Assembly: GCA_050273025.1 (NCBI GenBank)
Contig: CP158635.1
Coordinates: 29,326,001-29,390,000, forward strand
DNA length: 64,000 nucleotides
Origin: Cenococcum geophilum
Lineage: Eukaryota
Direction: 5' to 3'
In this document: one piece after another, positions 13,230-25,137 of the stretch
Layout of the letters: each line of letters begins with the position of its first letter
Position numbering within the stretch: the first letter of the stretch is position 1
Made by a program: the position numbers and the translations under genes
Notes under the pieces: model-generated
Seen by the model: only the letters and a program-made list of their open reading frames with translations
What the model was told of the DNA's origin: nothing
The model's database searches: none

Positions 13230-13810
13230 TCAATTCCATCCAATAATCCCTTCCGCAACTCTCTTTGCGCCTACTCCTGGCCCTGTCACGATAGAAACCC
13301 TGCGTCCAACAACCCCGCTTTCTCCAACTCCTAGCTCCAGCGGTCGCTGCAGCTCTATTACCACACCACCTCCCGTGTCCTCCAAAAATGGCGCGTTGAT
13401 AGGGAAGGAATAGAACGGCTTGTAACCCGCTGGTGGCATTGTGCAGCCCGTGATATCGCCGTCGTAGCTACGATGCGTAAAATGTTAACAGAAGCGGTAT
13501 GAACACTAGCCACGCCATTGCACGTTCAACTACAGCCCGAAGACTCCAAGAACGCAAGCAGAGGCTGTAGAACTGTACTGGGGGCTTACTGGATCATAAC
13601 CCAACACTTTCTCACCACGTCCAGGTGCCTCTCTTCTACACCCCGAAACTCTGCCAACGTCCGCCGTTCTGCTTGGATATTGTTCTGGAAGAGTAGATGC
13701 CAGTGGATGCCAGAACCATCGCAGGCCATGTGCCCATATTCGCTGTGTGGAGGACGTAGGATGGCAATCGTGCCACCTTGGCTAAGGCGGCCTGACTCTC
13801 CGTTGCACAT
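13230..13810 (-). CDS. Cu/Zn-SOD-fold protein lacking most metal ligands (pseudo-Sod1), 152 aa; exons 13810-13590 and 13467-13230
   Basis: Splicing the GTAAGC...TAG intron (13589-13468) gives MIHYDGDITGCT (cf. Sod1 HIHxFGDNTNGC), GVVGRRVSIV (cf. SIIGRTVVVH) and KRVAEGIIGWN (cf. RLACGIIG). Confidence 0.8.
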
Positions 13811-13927
13811 TTGAGGCCAAGTGCTGGTTTGTAAGGGTTATGATGCGCTGGAACGATTGTAGATGCGTGAAGGTTGAAGTTATGTATCCTTCCTTGTAGC
13901 GATCAATTCGGAAACTAACATTGAGGC

Positions 13928-13967
13928 TGAGCAGAGTATATGCGGCGTATTGAGAAGGATGAGCAGA
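13928..13967 (-). promoter_or_regulatory. Paired TCTGCTCA motifs (Mac1/GRISEA copper-response-like)
   Basis: Identical tgagcaga at 13928-13935 and 13960-13967, 120-160 bp upstream of the pseudo-Sod1 ATG. Confidence 0.5.
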
Positions 13968-14257
13968 TTTGAGAGATTACCTTTTTTGCCAAGCATTCTA
14001 CTCGTGAGCCATCAAGGTGCTCCTACCCTTTAAAGAGCTAACAGGTAAGACAACTGATATAAACCCCATACAGTTTATCCCTTAGGGTATCGGATGAAAA
14101 CTGCACGGTGCTGTCACATGAAGCACGCAAAATATTATTTATCAAACGGTTGTCAAGCAATGAAGTTTCCATGTTTTGGGAATAGAATGTAGACAGTCCG
14201 ACCCACGGCGCACAGGTTCCTAGCGTCACGAAAACATTTTGAGATCAACGGGAACTT

Positions 14258-15076
14258 CTACGTGGAAGCTTTCAACACCTTAAAGGCATCCGCACGGCCG
14301 CCAAGGTAGCGCTCCTCCGCTGTCTTCCAGTTGATCACGTTCCAGATATTCTCCACATAAGCTGCTTTACCGTTGAGATACTGGAGCAGGATGTTAGCAA
14401 TAGACAAAGCAAGCATGCACTAAAAACAACTCCCAACGAAGCATTTTACTACCCTTACCTGGAGATAGTACGCGTGCTCCCACATATCAATCCCAAGGAT
14501 AGGAACCTCTCCCTTGCCGACAACCGGATCCTGATCCTTCGTCGTCATGATCACAAGCCTGTCCTCTTTGCCACCTTCAATTTTAACTAGCCATCCCCAT
14601 CCACTTCCCTGAATTCCTAACAATGCCGTCTTGAATGCCTCGCGGAACTTCGCCTCATCACCCCACGTTGCCCCGATCTTCTCCACCAACTTCGGAGCCG
14701 CAGATGATTTAGCATCAGACGAATCAGCGGAGCACAGATTCTGCCAGAATAACGAGTGGTTGATGTGGCCGCCGGCATTGAACTTGATTCCAGGCTGCAG
14801 TGAGACTTGAGTCGGGATGTCGGAGGTCTGGATGGCCTCCCGCCGAGATTTCAAGGCTGCATTTAGATTCGTGATGTAGGTTTGGTGGTGCTTGTTATGA
14901 TGCAGCTCCATGATTTGGGCCGAGATGTGCGGTTCCAAGGCCTGTGTCACTGGTCAGTCGATAAGAAAGAAGCGAGACGGAACCGCCGGGCGGAGCACCA
15001 CTGAGGCAAACCACGTAGAGATACTAACATTGTAAGCATATGGGAGAGGTGGGAGACTGTATGTAGCGCCCTGCAT
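14258..15076 (-). CDS. sod2: Manganese superoxide dismutase, 217 aa; exons 15076-15029, 14941-14459, 14380-14258; possible in-frame upstream start at 15178
   Basis: YSLPPLPYAYNALEP, HHNKHHQTY, FNAGGHINH, QGSGWGWL, DMWEHAYYLQY; two canonical GT-AG introns with branch sites. Confidence 0.95.
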
Positions 15077-16109
15077 CTCGCCGTATCGGACCTGCTGTGG
15101 AAGTTGATCTGGAGAATTTGGAGAAATGAAGTTGCTGAGCAGCGAGAAGATAGAAACGGAAGAGTTCCAGGCCTTCATGATGGAGTTTGGCAGTCGCTAT
15201 TTCTTGAGGCAAGAGTGGTGGAGGCTGACCAACAAAGTACTGGAAAGGCGGAACTACTGGCTCAAAACGGAAATTCAGCAACACAATTGCCTCAATCTAC
15301 CTCCAATCCTCTCGAGGCCAAGGATCATGTGATTGGGATCAAATATACAGAAAAGCACTGTAAAGCTATAGCAGCACGGCTACTGTAAGAAAAAATATGT
15401 ATGAGTGGATTGAAAGAAATAATCTCTTCTGCTGATTCTTCGGTTCTCTGATACGAAGGCCGAGAGATAGCTGTGAGAAATGCCCTGGAATTACAGAGGA
15501 AGGCGTGTCAATTATAGTAGTGGACAAAAGGGCGCAAGAAATCAAAGATGACGAGAGACGAAATTGTTTCAATAAGTCCTGAATTGACGTTTGATGGAAA
15601 GTACTTCAAAATGGAGACGTGGAATTCCCGGCAATGTGTTCTAAGGTTATCTCTTACCTCAGCAAGCTCAGACCATAGAATCAATTGTCTCGTTCCCAGA
15701 CCTTCTTGCCAAGGCTTATCTTGCCAAGCCGCTAGCCGCTTTTGGCAAGACCTTCCTTAGAAGGTCTGGTACACAGTGTTTGGATTTTTGTTAGTCCCGC
15801 GTGGGGTATTTAGGCCTATATACACCTACTTTAAGCCAAATTATCTTAACTTCTATAGCCCCCCAAGCTATTCCTAATGGCTAGAATTACTAAATTAAAC
15901 CTGGCGAAGAAGACTACGTTGCCCGATTTGCCCGATTCCAATTCGTTGTCTTATTATCGCGCCCGACGCCCCTAAGTCGTAGCGACTGCACCCCTCCTAC
16001 AACTACCGCCGCCCTCTTCTTACCGCAGCTAGAGTATCTAAATTAATAAGCCAGCTTTAAATAATACTTAAGGACTGCTAGTAGGTATAGATTTGCCTTG
16101 CAGAAGGGG

Positions 16110-16300
16110 GTAAGCTTTACGTAGAGCTTTGGTAGAGCTTCGTGCAGAGCGTCGTGCAGAGCTTCGTGCAGAGCTTCGTGCAGAGCTTCGAGCAGAGCCT
16201 TGTGCAGAGCTTCGCGCAGAGCTTCGTGCAGAGCTTCGAGCAGAGCCTTGTGCAGAGCTTCGAGCAAAGCCTTATGCAGAGCTTTAAGCAGAGCCTTATA
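16110..16300. repeat. 12-bp satellite (gcagagcttcgt)
   Basis: Direct tandem units, same family as the arrays at 7500, 25138 and 31270. Confidence 0.9.
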
Positions 16301-16419
16301 TAGAACTTTATATAAATATATAGGCGTATAGATATATATTTTTATACTAGTAATTAATTATAGAATTTATAGAAATAATTATATGAAATTATGTAGATGT
16401 TAATTTATTTATTTATTTA

Positions 16420-17180
16420 TAGTAAGGCTAATAATACTATACGGCTCCTAGATCTAGGGCCTAGGGCTAGGTAGTAAGGTATTAATAAAAAGCTCCCTAG
16501 CGCTACTAGCTAAGCTATAAAACTAGTACCTATATAGAACTATAGGGGCCTATAGGAGAATACTACGCGCTATACTAGAATATAAAGTAGTAGTTTTACT
16601 AGTAGACTTATATGTTAATATAACTACTATATAGAGAATAGTTATAGTATAAGGCTACCTAGTAAAAGAAAATATATACTAAATACTAAAATGTATATAA
16701 GGAATAAGATATATATAAGGAGTGAGGGCCCCTTAAAAAGGTAATACGCCTAAGTATACTAGCTAGAAAGCCCTCTACCTATAGGTAATAGAGAAAGAGA
16801 AAAAATATAGAAATTACTAGCTTACTAGGCGGAGACCTATTGCCGTACTAGTAGAGTACTACTATAGTAATAGAGGATAAGAGGCTATTAGTATAGATAG
16901 AGATCTACTACTAATACTTATTGCAAGATAGGTAGACCTTAAATAGAAGCGATAATAGAAGGAGGTAGTAAAAATATAAGACATAGCTATATAGAATACT
17001 CTATAGTTAATACTAATACTCCCTGTATATAAAGGGCTAATAAAGGTAAAATCTATAGCCTTCTTCCTACTATGGATAGAGATTTTAAGCCTAAATATAT
17101 AGCTAGTAAGTATCTATATTCTAAATACTATACCTTAATATACTTATAGATAGCCTATTTAGTTAGTATATAGTATACTA
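16420..17180 (+). mobile_element. LINE (Tad-like) ORF2 fragment, RIP
   Basis: De-RIPped VRPxMLYGSQIWG; collinear with ~30003-30750 and inverted relative to ~17660-18380. Confidence 0.8.
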
Positions 17181-18500
17181 TTATTATTAATTCTATTTAT
17201 TACCCGATTTAGTCCATTTTTAGGTCTATATAGGCTTCTATCTTTCTATATAGGAAAAAGCCCTATAAGGGGAAAAACCTAAGTATTTCCTTTTAGCTAG
17301 TTTTACGCGTTTTGCCTTCGCCTAGCTAGTATATCTTTATATCCTTTAGTCTGCCTTACGTACTATACTTTTTAAGTATATTAGAAGATCTAAGGGGAGA
17401 TAGTAAAAGGGTCTAGCGATTTGCTAATAAGCCACCTATAACTAGGCGGGGGTATTTAGTCCTTAAGGGGCTAAAATAGGGCGTATCCTTTAGTATCCTC
17501 CTTTTAGATCTTGTATACTATTTAGAACTATTAAAGAATTCCTTAGTATATAAGCTATTTTACTACTACCTATAAGCCTCTACTTATAGAGAGTATTTAG
17601 GTAATATTGTTTATGCCTATACTAGTAAGTAACTAGTCCCTTACTAAGCGGTAGCTATAGAATAGTAGTATATAGCGTACTAACTAAATAGGCCACCCGC
17701 ATATATATTAAGGTGAGGTATTTAGAATATAGATGCTTACTAGCTATATATTTAGGCCTAAAACCTCTATTTATAGTAGAAAGCCGGCTATAGATTTTAC
17801 CTTTGTTAGTATTAACTATAGGGTGTTCTTTATAGCTACGTCTTATATTTTTACTATCTCCTTCTATTATTACTTCTATTTAAGATCTGCCTATCTTATA
17901 ATTAGTATAGTAAATCTCTATCTATATTAGTAACCTCCTATCCTCTATTACTGTTATAGCGCTAGGTCTCCGCCTAGTAAGCTAATAGTTCCTATATTTC
18001 CTTTTCTCTCTCTACTACTTATAGGTAGAGGGCTTCCTAGCTAGTATATTTAGGCGTATCGCCCCTTTAAGGGGCTATCGCTTTTAATATATATCTCGTT
18101 CCTTATATATATTTTAGTATATATTATATATTTTCTTCTACTAGGTAGCCTTATACTATAACTGCTCTCTATATAATAGTTAAGTTAATATATAAGTCTA
18201 GTAGTAGAACTACTACTTCGCGTTTTAGTACAGCGCGTAGTATTCTCCTATAGGTCCCTATAGTTCTATATAGGTACTAGTTTTATAGCTTAGCTAGTAG
18301 CGCTAAAAAGCTTTTTACTAGTACTTTACCGCCTAGTTCTAGGCCCTAGATCTAGGAGCCGTATAGCACCATTAGCCTTACTACTACTATATATAGTAGG
18401 CGTATATATTAAAAATAGGGTCTCTATATTAAGGTAGTAATTTATAATACTACTGAAAATACTACTACTCCTCTATAAGTTGCCTATATAATATACTTGT

Positions 18501-18585
18501 AGCCGTCAAAAACGGACTCTGCACCTGTACGTGGTGACGGCTACGAACCTAGTCTTTGAAGTTCAGATCTAGAGCCAACGCAGAG
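18501..18585 (+). ncRNA. HDV-like self-cleaving ribozyme
   Basis: P1 AGCCGUC/GACGGCU, P2 CUCUGC/GCAGAG, P3 ACC/GGU, L3 UGUACGU, P1.1 GU/AC, P4 CUAG..CUAG, J4/2 GCCAA(C) with C18575. Confidence 0.82.
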
Positions 18586-19515
18586 ACGTCGCACAGCGTG
18601 CGGACAGGACCTGGTGGTAGTTATGGGCGTTAAGGGCGGTAGTAAAAAGTTTTTAGATGGTGAGATCTTGAAAACCACTACTGTTGGCCCTCTATAATAC
18701 AACGACTACTACTATTCTCCTATCTAGGGCACCTGTATGATCCAACATGGATATACAGTATTCGATAGCATCCCCTGACCCCTAATAGAAAGCATCGACG
18801 ACCTCTTATATTAATAAACAAGTAAACGCAAATAAGTAAACGAATAAGCAAATATACGGCCCCTCCTAACCCCTAGGGCGATCGCCCGCGGAGCATGCGG
18901 TCACTCGCCGTACTGCCGTAATACTACTAAAGCGACAGCCAGATATAACCCCGTATGGTTTTCCTTGTCTCCTCTTAACGGAGTAGTGCCCCTAGAGAGG
19001 GCCTAGTGACTAGGGCCTAGGTATAAAAGATACCCAGGTACACACATCCCGCTTTTGGCTTTTAGTGTTAGGATAGTAGAACGGATAAATCCCCCTTACG
19101 CCTTTAATAGGCCCTAGGGGGGGGAAGGCATAATGTATATAGTAATGGTTAAATAAGAGATAGCGTATAGGGGATGGCTAAGATATGGGAAACAACAACA
19201 ATATAGTAATTAATTGGCAAGGCCTAGCTGGGACGTAGTAAACCCTAGCTTAGATAAGCTAGAGAAGGAAGCAGTAGTTCCTAAGGAGTTCGAACATCTA
19301 AGGAGGATAGGATATAGCCGTAGGCCCACAGGGCCGCCGCTATAGACGGACATGGCAAATCGGGGTTTTTTATCCTACTAAGGTGGCTTATAGGGTTTTT
19401 CCTCCCCCTAGCAGCAAGGGTTTTTTCCCATTAATATTACTTTTCCCTTATATACGGAGTAGTCTGCGTAGGGCTAGATAGCATCCGTATCAGACATTAA
19501 TTAAAGAAGAATTAT
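18501..19515 (+). mobile_element. ~1-kb non-autonomous non-LTR retroelement (SINE/SIDE-like) headed by an HDV-like ribozyme
   Basis: 12-bp TSD taatatacttgt (18489-18500) / taatatacttat (19516-19527); the empty site is present in the sister LINE near 29885-29910; no long ORF; LINE-like 3' end. Confidence 0.8.
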
Positions 19516-19897
19516 TAATATACTTATTCTAATTTAACCTAAAGTCTACCTAAATCCCTAAGACCTTAAGGGTGGTTTCTAGTTTTACTTCGCAGTTCTA
19601 AATATTTACTATTAAAGCTAGGTCACTACTTATCTTGTTTTCCCTTATAAAGTAAATAAGCTAGTATTTATTTAGTACGAATTTAGCGCTATATTATTTT
19701 ACCTATATAATATACCTATTATACACCTAGTTTAGCCTAGTATAGTTTTCTACTACTATATTTTCTTATATAATTAGATTTATATTATTTATAAATTCTA
19801 GGGCTATTATATCCTAGCTATTATTATATATCTTTAGTAGTTTAGATATAAAGAAAAGAATTAGAATTAGAATTAGGGGTAATCCCTATAGAATACC

Positions 19898-20040
19898 TAT
19901 TATGCCTAAGCCTAACCCACTTAACCATACAAACCACTAAAAAGGTAGCAGTAGTGTCTCGCAACTGGACAGGCTGCCGGTTAGAATGCCTTATAAGCTC
20001 TACAGCCTATACCGCCGTATGGGTAGCGCAAGGTCTGACA
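19898..20040. mobile_element. Solo LTR (143 bp) in LINE RT
   Basis: 5-bp TSD atacc at 19893-97 and 20041-45; ends tgaCA; absent from the sister LINE near 29515. Confidence 0.75.
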
Positions 20041-23000
20041 ATACCTATAGGTATTAGTATTAATTCGCTTTTATAGCCCTTAATTATAATTTTTATAGTA
20101 CGCCTTATTAGAAAGGCTTAAATAAACTTAATTTTCTAGTTTAGCAGGCCCTTATTTCTTAGAATCTATAAAAGTCTCCTATATAATATATTATTAAATA
20201 TTCCGCTTAGGTCTAAGCTTAATATAGATATAATAGATCCTAGGTAAGTTTACTATACTACTTAAATACTAGAGGTAATTAGGGAGAGGGCTAAAAGGGT
20301 TGATTTTTTCTTTCTTACGTCTATTTATATCTACAGTAGTAGCTTTTATACTTCTGCTGATTCTTATATATATTCTATAACTATCTTTTCTAAAAGCCTT
20401 TTTAGGGTTAGTAGCTTTCTAAAATAGAGTAGTGTTTTTTTAAATACTTTTTATAAGACGACTATAGTTAAAGTATTTAAGTAATTCGCCTCTCTAAAGG
20501 TAGGTAGTTACGGCAATAGCGAGTAGTATTACTACCGCTTCTACTACGGCTTTAATTGCCTTATTTAGGGTCTTATCTAGCATTAACGCTTTACTAGTAG
20601 GGAGCTTTAATATAGCGTCTTTTATTTCTTTTACTAATATTATATAACTTATTTTAATAGGTAAGGGGTAGAATTAGCTACTAATATTCTTTAGGTCTGC
20701 TTAGCCCGCGCCTAGAAAAACCCTCTTTACTAATATTTTAATTTTTTTCCTCGTTATTATTTATATACTAGTCCTATTCTATCTAGTAAAGTATAAGTAG
20801 GTAAAAGTTACCTAGCGTCTCTCTAGCAGCTTAATTATTTTACTTTAATATACGCTAAAGTCCTTTATTATATAGTTTAGTAGGATTTAAGGTAATTTCT
20901 TCTAGGAATTAGCGCTAGTTATTTCTACCCTTCTTTTATATTATCTTCTTAGGCCTATCCTTTAGGGCCTTATAGCTCTATTAGTAGTAGGCCTTATTTA
21001 TTACACTATACTACCGCCTTGCCCTTTTTATACCTATAAGTAGCTAGGCTATCTCTAGCGACTATTTATAGTAGGCGAATTTTCTAAGCTAGGCCTTTAA
21101 GTAGTATTTTTCTAAGCAGTTACTTATAATCCTTTAAATATCCTCTAGTAATACCTAGAGTATAGCTACTAGCCTATTAATAACTTCCTAAGCATACTTT
21201 TTTAAGTTAAATTTCTTAGTAGCGTATCTCTAGCGAGTTTGTTACGCTAGTGCAGCGATATTAAGTATTATCTATATAGGTATATAGTCTAAGATAATTA
21301 CCTATATGCCTTCTAGTCCGTAAAGCAATAGTTAGTTTATAAGTATTTCTTATATAAATATAAGGTCGATTAGACTTTCTTAGGTTCCTCTTTTCTAGGT
21401 AGGCTTGCCTATTAAAGTAGTTAAAGTAAGGCACCACGTTTTAAGCCTATTTAGTAAGTAAGTCACCTATACTTTAGCTATAGCCTACTATCCTTACTAC
21501 GCTATATAGTATGCGTTAAAATTCCCTAGGACTATTACCTTGCCTTTTACTATATTAATAGTATATTAAAACAGTCCCTATATAGCAATTTAGTGTTTAT
21601 TATCCCTTAGTTTATAAACGTTAATTATACTAATTTAGCTCCTATTAGTAGCTACTTATAGTTTATCTATATTAGGGCTAATAGTGTAGTAACTCTATAT
21701 CTATATATTAATGCATTAACTAAGTAGCTAGGTTTAGTTTAAATAAAAAGTAGTATCCTTTTATTTAGTATATTTTGCGTAGTTATTTATTATATGCCGG
21801 TTTCTATAGGGCTATTTTCTAATACTCTTTTAGGTTTAGGCTAGTAAATAAAAAACGTATTACTTTATAGTTTAAGTGTCCGTAGTTATATGATACTATT
21901 ATTAATCGCTTTTATAGTATTAGTTAGTTTAGTAACTTATAGGTATCCTCTATTCGCCTTTAAGGCGTCTTATTAAGGATTATTGCGATTAGAATTCTTT
22001 ACTAGGGTGGGCCTTTAGCGGTATTAGTACTACCTCGTGGGCGTTCTACGCTCCCCTTTACTACTAGCTAGGTAGAGGGTGCCCCTATTAGGGTTAGTAC
22101 CCTAAATCTCTTTCTTTATATAACTATCTAACCACTATTACTTATTCTGCTTAGCTCTTTCTCCTTATATATATTTTCCTATAGCGGAGTTATAACCTAG
22201 TATAATTAGGCTTATTTTATTTTAGGAGACTTTAAGTATACCTAAATGGTTTTACATACCGTCTTCTACTATACTTTATATTCTTTACCGTAGTTTATAT
22301 ATTTAGCTCCCTTATCCTTAAGGTAGTTATTTGTCTTATATATATTAGCGCATCGCCTATACCCTTCCTATCTCCTATATACGCTCTAGATATAGCCTTA
22401 ATACTAGTATTTAAAGTGTTAGCGGACCTAGACTACGTAGTAGTATAGCCAGACTTTATACTATAGGCTATTTATAACTATTCCTTTATAGGCTACTACC
22501 GCCTATATCTCCTAAGTTAGTAGGTTAATTATTAAGGTACTGCGTATTTTAACCCTTTAGAACCCTAGTAATGCCCCTATATATATTATATATACTCTAT
22601 AAAGCTATATAATCCTAAATATTATAATTCCTAAGACTAGTTTTTTAGTAACCTCTATAATCTTTTAAATAGGTTATAAGTTTATAGCGCCTTACCCGCT
22701 TTCTACTTATATATTAAAGGGTACCCTAATTACTTTAACTAGGTAGTTTTAGCAGAGGATCTTATACTTAGGGGTATCTCCTTAGGTAATAGCCTAGTCC
22801 TTTACCTATTAGTTAGGGAGTATAACCTCTACATTACTACTATATAGGACCTTTACTACTACTGCCTTTAGTATATATACTCTAATTAATATAAGGATCT
22901 ATTCTAGCTCTACTCCTACTAACTTTAATATTTAGACTCTAACTGTAGACCTTATGGATGCTATATTAGGTAGGCGCTAGAGGGGCACTAATTAGGTATT

Positions 23001-24092
23001 AATGGCAATATTAGCCTATAAGGGCTTTATTAGGTACGTTATTAGTATTCCCTATAATTTTATAGCATCTTTAATACGCCTAAGCCTATCCTCTACGGCG
23101 TTCTAGTTTCTATTATGCCTTATCTATAGCTCTTAAACAATTTATCCTACTATTAAGCCGTACGCGCTACCCCTACGCATAGGTATTTATCTTCTCTCTT
23201 TCCTAAATCTTCTTTAATATCTTTTAGGATATTTATAAGTTCTTGCTATTTTTAGTCGTTATTCTTTGGTTATTATAGTTATATCGCCCCCTATTAGGTT
23301 TATTATAGTGTTATAATTTTCTATATAGTATCCTACCTTTAAGTCTATATTAACCCTCCTATATCGCGTAAGCTTTCCGGCTATGCTATATATATTAGTT
23401 CTAGGGTATAATATGCCGTAGATTTAATTAGGAGTGGTTGTTTCTTTATTAGGTAAGTAGTAGACGTATTTTACTACTATAGCGGCTTTTTACTAAGTTT
23501 AATTATAAGATTAAATATAAACCTAGTAAGTTAAACTTAGTAAATGGCCTGTTATAGTGCCTAGGCTATATAAAAGAGTTTTATAAAGGCAGTAAAAGGA
23601 TAATTCTTAATACTATACTACTAATAATATAGTAAAAGTTATGGATAATAAGCCTTATAGGAGGTTTATCTAGTACTACTATACTAACTATACTATAAAA
23701 AGTATATAAGTGACCTTTATAACTATAGTACTAATAAGCTAAGGTACCCTATTATAATAACTTTATAAGTAGTATCTATATTATATAATATACTTACTAA
23801 TATAAACTTTATATAAAGTTTTATACTATAGTAAAAAGTAATAGTAATAGCTTTTACTAAAATAACTTTTAAGGAAAAACTTTCTAAACTACTTTAAAAC
23901 TATATTTAAATATATTAGGAAATTTTTTTTTAGGGTCGTTGTTGCGGTTTGCGGCAAATTGCCGCAAACTGTACGATCGTGGTAGATGTATATGGTCGAT
24001 ACCAATTTGCGCAAAACGTATGTTTTATAACAAAATCGTAGCACCTAATAGCAAATTGCGGCAAAACGCTACCTTATAAATAAATAGCGCGC

Positions 24093-24237
24093 AAACTGTA
24101 CGAATTATAAAAACTGTACGAATTATAAAAACTGTACGAATTGTAAAAACTGTACGAATTGTAAAAACTGTATAAATTGTAAAAACTGTACAAATTGTAA
24201 AAACTGTACGAATTGTATAAACTGTACAAATTGTAAC
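24093..24237. repeat. 18-bp tandem repeat (aaaaactgtacgaattgt) x~8
   Basis: Direct units visible. Confidence 0.9.
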
Positions 24238-24396
24238 TATATAAATTATAATTATATTATATAATAACCAAATTATTATATATTTCCATAGATTTCTATA
24301 ATATACTTTTAAATATATTTATATTATAACTATATAAAATGTAGAGCTATCTACTTTAGGTGTTAAGGGGGAAGCCTCTTACAGAGGCTCTAAATT

Positions 24397-24570
24397 ATCT
24401 ACCTACCTACCTACCTGCCTACCTGCCTACCTGCCTACCTACCTGCCTGCCTACTTGCCTACCTACCTACCTACCTACCTACCTGTCTGTCTGTCTGTCT
24501 ATCTATCTGTCTATACCTGCCCATCTATGCCTACCTATCTGTGCCTACCTATCTGTGCCTACCTGTCTAT
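24397..24570. repeat. (ACCT/GCCT/GTCT)n microsatellite
   Basis: Tetranucleotide tract. Confidence 0.9.
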
Positions 24571-24640
24571 GTCACCTTGATTTAATCGATCGATTGAATC
24601 GTTTATTGTGTTCGCTGGCTAGTTGTTTGAACGGTTGTGT

Positions 24641-24978
24641 GGCTCTGGCGACGGTCGTGTGGCGATGACAACGGTTATCTGGCTCCGGCGACGGTTGTCT
24701 GGCTCTGACGACGGTTGTCCAGCTCTTGCGACGGTTGTCTGGCTCTGACGGTCGTCTAGCTCTGGCGACGGTCATTTGGCTCCGGCGACGGTTGTCCAGC
24801 TCTGACGACGGTCGTCTGGCTCTGACGACGGTCGTCTAGCTCTGGCGATGGTTATCTGGCTCCGGCGACGGTCGTCTAGCTCTGACGACGGTTGTCTAGC
24901 TCCGGCGACGGTCGTCTAGCTCCGGCGATGGTCGTCTGGCTCCGGCGACGGTCGTCTGGCTCTGGCGACGGTCGTCTG
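24641..24978. repeat. 20-bp tandem repeat (ggctccggcgacggtcgtct) x~16
   Basis: Direct units with 20-bp period. Confidence 0.9.
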
Positions 24979-25137
24979 CTAGCTGTCGTTCTGGTGTCTT
25001 CCTAGGTAGGGAGGATGTAAGGAAGGGTAAAAAATGAGGTGGCTACCTAGGTGTATATAGGGGTATACTTGGCAGAGGCACGTGTAGAGGTTATTGGGAA
25101 TATAGCGGGGACCTAATAGTAGTGTGTCACGCGTATA

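Larger units (their letters stand above)
17181..23450 (-). mobile_element. Near full-length LINE (Tad-like), RIP, carrying two insertions
   Basis: (TAA)n tail at ~17181; reverse complement of the 29150-31204 copy; RT GIPQGSP-like motif near 19880; ORF1-like region to ~23350; 5' boundary approximate. Confidence 0.8.

Noticed and set aside
15126..15332. 68-aa plus-strand ORF upstream of MnSOD
   Set aside because: No recognisable motif; overlaps the MnSOD 5' region antisense.
18498..18545. tgtagccgtca..tgacggctac read as an LTR start
   Set aside because: The tgt belongs to the LINE target duplication, no matching LTR end exists, and the inverted repeat is the ribozyme P1 helix.
23470..23570. 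Crossed inverted repeats near the 5' end of the Tad-like LINE as a third ribozyme
   Set aside because: Heavily RIPped; L3, P1.1 and J4/2 consensus not recoverable.
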